Positions 60,121-64,000 of a stretch of DNA of 64,000 nucleotides are shown here, piece by piece. Position numbers and translations under genes: made by a program. How positions within the stretch are numbered: the stretch's first letter is position 1; every line of letters begins with the position of its first letter. Source of the stretch: an uncultured virus (IMG/VR IMGVR_UViG_3300032011_003340). Its lineage: Duplodnaviria; Heunggongvirae; Uroviricota; Caudoviricetes. Under the pieces are notes generated by a model, which saw only the letters and a list, made by a program, of their open reading frames with translations, had not been told where the DNA came from and did not search any database. The stretch lies in the IMG/VR virus record IMGVR_UViG_3300032011_003340. The stretch is one strand, 5' to 3'.

Positions 60121-60663
60121 TTATAATATAGTACTATTCCCATATCCATTAGTATATGTTACAATACATTCTGGGAATTCATCTAAAAATTTTAATATTT
60201 CTTTTTCTGAAATATTATTTCCATCCAAATGTAAATAATTAAGTTTTTTTAGTTTAAATAAAATTTTTGGAAATTTTATAAAATTATTGGAACATAAATT
60301 TAATCTAAATAAAGATTCTAAATTTTTAAATGAATTTGGTAATTCTGTTAATTCATTATAAGGAAGAGATAAATTTTCTAAATTTTTTAAAATTCCAATA
60401 TTATCAGGTAATTTTTTAATTTTGGTTCCACCTAAACTAAGGTGTTTTTTTGAAGTCCAATATTTTATTGCTTTTTTTAAAAAATTTTGTGCTCCTCTTT
60501 TGCGGAAAACTTTTCTAATATTATTAGATTTCCATTCAATAAAATTAATAAGTTCTTTAAATTCTTTTAATGCAATTTCTTCAGTTTCTTTACTAATAGT
60601 AAATGCTAATTCAATATTAATTGGATTGCATGAAAATAATAGTTTTTTTATTTTTTCTTCCAT
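60121..60663 (-). CDS. Leucine-rich repeat protein
   Basis: HLSLGGTKIKKLPDNIGILKNLENLSLPYNELTELPNSFKNLESLFRLNLCSNNF..FP..LF.LKKL.YLHLDGNNI: about four typical LRRs. Confidence 0.9.
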   Translation of the reverse strand: MEEKIKKLLFSCNPINIELAFTISKETEEIALKEFKELINFIEWKSNNIRKVFRKRGAQNFLKKAIKYWTSKKHLSLGGTKIKKLPDNIGILKNLENLSLPYNELTELPNSFKNLESLFRLNLCSNNFIKFPKILFKLKKLNYLHLDGNNISEKEILKFLDEFPECIVTYTNGYGNSTIL

Positions 60664-60683
60664 TTATTTAATTTTAAACAAAA

Positions 60684-60711
60684 AAATAGCTGATATTTCT
60701 ATCAGCTATTT
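60684..60711 (-). terminator. Intrinsic terminator
   Basis: AAATAGCTGATA-tttc-TATCAGCTATTT plus a T-tract on the minus strand, right after the lysin stop. Confidence 0.8.
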
Positions 60712-60714
60712 AAT

Positions 60715-61407
60715 TTACAATTTATCTAAGCTTAAATCTTTAATGTGTTTAATTCTATTATAAACACCTCGATCTGAGCTCCAATAACCACCTCTTTTAT
60801 ATGCTTTTATCCAATTTTCATAGTTATCAGGTTTTGTTATTTTATTCATGTAACGATCTTGCAATAAAACTTTAGCCCAACCATCAATACCTTTCAATAA
60901 TAAGTTATATGTACGAAAGAAACATAATTCATCACCATGATCATCTTTTGCTTTAAATGAACCTTTTTCAGTTCTAGATTTAATACCACCTAAATTATTA
61001 TGATTTTTAAATAATCTAGATTTACCATATCCTGTTTCTTCAATCCAAAAAGAAATTGAAATAAAACTAGGAATACCGTATTTTAATTCTAAATAATCCC
61101 ATACAGGTTTCATTTTTACAATAGCACTATAATTTTTTAATTGATAATTTCTTAATTTTTTAGATTTTAATACAGGTAAATAATTAAATATTATACTTGT
61201 ATCAAAATTAGGTGTTATATTTCTTAAATTTTTAATATCAATTTTATTAATTGATTTAATTAATTGTTTTATTTTAAAATCTTTATTTTCAGCAGTCACA
61301 ATTATAGTTGGTAACGTTACTTCAAATATTGCATTTGATTTTAAGTTAGTACTATTCAATATTAAAATGTTTAAGAATAATATAATAACTAATAAAAAAT
61401 TTCTCAT
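60715..61407 (-). CDS. GH73 glucosaminidase / lysin with N-terminal signal or TM segment
   Basis: MRNFLLVIILFLNILIL; KYGIP...IEETGYGKS....NNLGGIK...FRTY...RY...GGYWS. Confidence 0.85.
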   Translation of the reverse strand: MRNFLLVIILFLNILILNSTNLKSNAIFEVTLPTIIVTAENKDFKIKQLIKSINKIDIKNLRNITPNFDTSIIFNYLPVLKSKKLRNYQLKNYSAIVKMKPVWDYLELKYGIPSFISISFWIEETGYGKSRLFKNHNNLGGIKSRTEKGSFKAKDDHGDELCFFRTYNLLLKGIDGWAKVLLQDRYMNKITKPDNYENWIKAYKRGGYWSSDRGVYNRIKHIKDLSLDKL

Positions 61408-61448
61408 TTTGTTTGATTTTGTTAAAAATATTTTTTTGATTAGAACCG

Positions 61449-61456
61449 CAAAGATA
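61449..61456 (-). promoter_or_regulatory. Bacteroidota -7 promoter element
   Basis: TATCTTTG(C) about 41 nt upstream of the lysin ATG. Confidence 0.7.
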
Positions 61457-61467
61457 CATTTTTAGTT

Positions 61468-62526
61468 TTAATTGTCTGATTCAATGTTTGTTATATGATA
61501 TACTATATCTCCATTTAAAGTTGTTAAAGGTTCTACTGATATGCCAAATAATTTGAAGTCTTCAAGATTAATTTTAATATTATTTTGTTTACAATCACGT
61601 AACATCGTTTTTATACCATTAATGTTATATGTACCACAAACACTATAATTATTCCATCTACCTACACATTTTAATAATAAAGGATTACGACTAAATATTT
61701 TTTGATAAATTGCCTTTAAAACATGCTCTTTTATTTTTCTACCATAATAACAACATATTAATTTTGATAATATAGCTTCAATATCCAATTTTTTAATCAT
61801 TTCAATTGCTAATTCCCATGAATCTTTGGATTCTAATAAATCTTGTATTGCTTTCCAATTATAATCAACACTATCAACTCTAACTTTTTTAGCAACTTCC
61901 CAATCATAAACCACTTGTTGTAAATCAACCTCATTAATAAAATTTTTTGATTTATCTACTAATGCTTCAATATGATCTTCATTTACTTTAGAATGACCAA
62001 TTTGTGCTACAACTTTACATTTATATGTTTCTTCATATTTATCATACATTTTATCATATTTAGATAAATAATAATAATCATTATTATCATTCTTTATATG
62101 TACATTAAATACAAATCTTTTAAATGAACTATAATCATAGTATCTTGATTGAGAACATTCAGCATAAACCTTGTTTTCATCATAATTATAATTATATGTT
62201 CCAATTGGAATTTCAAATCTTTTAGTAAAATTAATTGTATTACCTGACCAACTTGAAAAACTTAATGTATGTTCTTTCATTACTAAAATATCTGCTTCTT
62301 TTGGGTTGAATACTTGTTTTATATCTTTATCTTTAAGATATTTTCTCAAAGGAAGTTTTTTTATTTTACAATTAGGAAAAATATAAATTTTATCATTTTG
62401 TTTTAAGTCATCTGGTGATAATACATCTTTATTACCACCATATCTTATTTTTTTATCTTTTACCCGTTGTAAATTTATTGTTTTTAAATATTTAAGGTCT
62501 TCAGTTTTTTTAATTACTACATTCAT
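61468..62526 (-). CDS. Hypothetical protein with a BRCT-like N-terminus
   Basis: KIYIFPNC.I....LRKYL.DKDIKQVFNPKEADILV; later IQDLLESKDSWELAIEMI. Confidence 0.55.
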   Translation of the reverse strand: MNVVIKKTEDLKYLKTINLQRVKDKKIRYGGNKDVLSPDDLKQNDKIYIFPNCKIKKLPLRKYLKDKDIKQVFNPKEADILVMKEHTLSFSSWSGNTINFTKRFEIPIGTYNYNYDENKVYAECSQSRYYDYSSFKRFVFNVHIKNDNNDYYYLSKYDKMYDKYEETYKCKVVAQIGHSKVNEDHIEALVDKSKNFINEVDLQQVVYDWEVAKKVRVDSVDYNWKAIQDLLESKDSWELAIEMIKKLDIEAILSKLICCYYGRKIKEHVLKAIYQKIFSRNPLLLKCVGRWNNYSVCGTYNINGIKTMLRDCKQNNIKINLEDFKLFGISVEPLTTLNGDIVYHITNIESDN

Positions 62527-62536
62527 TTTATTTGTT

Positions 62537-63448
62537 TTATTCTATTAAATTAAATCCTAACTTAATTAAACCATGTTGTAAATCTTCAATATCTTCTGAT
62601 TTAATTAATTCGTTAAATAATATTTCTGGTTTTTTTAATTTTATTGCTAATGCTTCTATAACTTCAAGATATAAATCATTATAAAAATTTTTATTTTCAA
62701 TTTTATTTCCTGTTGATAATATTGCATTAACTGTTGATACTAAATCTGTATCATTATTTTTATCATTTTTTAATAATTGAGTTAAGTAGCCATTTATTGC
62801 TCCCAAATAACCTGAATCATCATATACATAATTAGATAGCTCATCTGTTGCTAATTCTTCATCAGAAAAAGAGGAATCACGCTGTTTAATAATATTCATA
62901 CATTTATGAGATTGAAAGTCATTTATTAAATCATTCATATGAGAAACATTATCATCAATCATAAGTATATTTTTATCTGTATTAAATAACAGTAAAAAGT
63001 CTCTAAAATAATGTGTTGTTCTATTATTAGATTCTATGCATACATTATCACTAAAGGTATATTGTCCAATTTGATTTAATGTTAATTTATCTGTATCAAA
63101 ATCTAAACTATAAGAATCATAACCTTCAACATCAATTTCTAATATATTTACTAATGTATCATTTAAAGTAACATAAAAACTATCTCTTGCTTCATTACGT
63201 AATGTAACATCTTCAATAACATTTAAATTTAATAAAGATGCGACTGTTTTAATTGTCATTAATTTACGCAATCTAAGACTATCAGGCTTTTTATCATAAT
63301 CTTCAATTTTTAATTGTATATAATACAGATCTTCATTTTCAAAATCAAATATATCAATTAAAGGTTTAGAATTAATATCTACTTTTTCAGAATTATGGTA
63401 TATTACACCATTATTATAAGTTATTTCACTTATTTTAATTTTACTCAT
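62537..63448 (-). CDS. Hypothetical acidic protein
   Basis: 303-aa ORF. Confidence 0.7.
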   Translation of the reverse strand: MSKIKISEITYNNGVIYHNSEKVDINSKPLIDIFDFENEDLYYIQLKIEDYDKKPDSLRLRKLMTIKTVASLLNLNVIEDVTLRNEARDSFYVTLNDTLVNILEIDVEGYDSYSLDFDTDKLTLNQIGQYTFSDNVCIESNNRTTHYFRDFLLLFNTDKNILMIDDNVSHMNDLINDFQSHKCMNIIKQRDSSFSDEELATDELSNYVYDDSGYLGAINGYLTQLLKNDKNNDTDLVSTVNAILSTGNKIENKNFYNDLYLEVIEALAIKLKKPEILFNELIKSEDIEDLQHGLIKLGFNLIE

Positions 63449-63474
63449 GATAATTATATTTATTATTTAATAAT

Positions 63475-63744
63475 TTATTCAATAACGGCAGATAATCCTC
63501 TGTCTATAAGTCCATCTTTATAAGGTTTTAATTCTTTTAATGATCCTGATTTAACACCACATTTACCTTTAAAATGTATCAAGTGAGCACATTGTTCAGC
63601 TTGTTGTAGATCATGCTTTAAAAGGTCAATAAATGACCTTATAACCCAATCAAAACTATTATGATCATCATTATATACTACTATTGATTTGGTTAAATGT
63701 TTTTTAGTTTTATTTTTTAAATCAGGATTATTTAAATCATTCAT
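63475..63744 (-). CDS. clpS: ATP-dependent Clp protease adaptor ClpS (Bacteroidota type)
   Basis: IVVYNDDHNSFDWVI..F.D...H...QAEQCAHLIHFKGKCGVKSG...L.DRGLSAVI. Confidence 0.9.
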   Translation of the reverse strand: MNDLNNPDLKNKTKKHLTKSIVVYNDDHNSFDWVIRSFIDLLKHDLQQAEQCAHLIHFKGKCGVKSGSLKELKPYKDGLIDRGLSAVIE

Positions 63745-64000
63745 TTTTATTAATATTTTTATAAGGTGTATCTTTAGGAATTAAAATTATAACACCTATT
63801 GTTTCAAAATAATCTGGGTTGTTTAATAATGTCATTTCTTCTTTTATATATGAAATATGTAATACTTCATCTATTATATCTAAATCAATTTCGTACCTAT
63901 TGGAATTTATTAAATGTTCATTTATATCGTCTTCAATATTATTTTTAACAGATAATTTAACTATACATTCTTCATCATTTACTTTAGCTGTTATTAAATC
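63737..64000 (-). CDS. Hypothetical protein, 3' portion only (start lies outside the window)
   Basis: Hand translation is open from 64000 (DLITAKVNDEEC...) to TGA at 63739-63737, overlapping the clpS ATG. Confidence 0.6.
   Translation of the reverse strand, partial: DLITAKVNDEECIVKLSVKNNIEDDINEHLINSNRYEIDLDIIDEVLHISYIKEEMTLLNNPDYFETIGVIILIPKDTPYKNINKNE

Noticed and set aside
2241..60763. All plus-strand ORFs in the track (e.g. 3135..3455, 15409..15783, 23077..23472, 43348..43644, 60422..60763)
   Set aside because: They are antisense shadows of long minus-strand genes, rich in Phe/Leu/Ser/Ile as expected from the reverse complement of Lys/Glu/Asn codons, and show no motifs.
1..64000. Stop-codon reassignment (TAG or TGA), known in some crAss-like phages
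   Set aside because: Genes, including a 25.8-kb ORF, are intact and tile the window under the standard code, and TAG and TGA occur as apparently genuine stops.
1..64000. CRISPR arrays, tRNA/rRNA genes, IS elements, integrase, DGR
   Set aside because: I saw no spaced direct repeats, cloverleafs, transposase, integrase or reverse transcriptase motifs, and intergenic gaps are short. A tRNAscan or Infernal run would be needed to be certain.

Overview
This is a very AT-rich, densely coding 64-kb window with every credible gene on the minus strand. Gene content and order point to a crAss-like (Crassvirales-type) phage of a Bacteroidota host, using the standard genetic code. Reading in the direction of transcription (right to left), the window starts with small accessory genes: ClpS, BRCT-like and LRR proteins, a signal-peptide GH73 lysin, a vWA/metallopeptidase plus MoxR ATPase pair, and DUF1874. 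Next is a replication and nucleotide block: DnaQ exonuclease, family B DNA polymerase, an AsnRS/AspRS-like catalytic-domain protein, DnaB helicase, RecT-like protein, putative SSB, primase, class II RNR, ATP-dependent ligase, nucleases, DUF5664, ThyX, dUTPase and HNH. A Bacteroidota-type promoter (TAnnTTTG) then opens a virion-cargo operon. Its 1271-aa protein appears to be fused by a programmed -1 frameshift (A_AAU_UUU plus a GC-rich hairpin) to an M15-peptidase/GH73 cell-wall hydrolase. The next gene is an 8612-aa virion RNA polymerase (DFDID motif) that also carries HRDC, zincin, PP2C phosphatase, macro/A1-like, NADAR, RecD/Dda helicase, SLOG and DUF4326-like domains. AsnA follows, and at the left edge there is an unlisted ORF with a signal peptide and a type IX secretion C-terminal sorting domain. 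All calls come from recognising motifs by eye; no searches were run.
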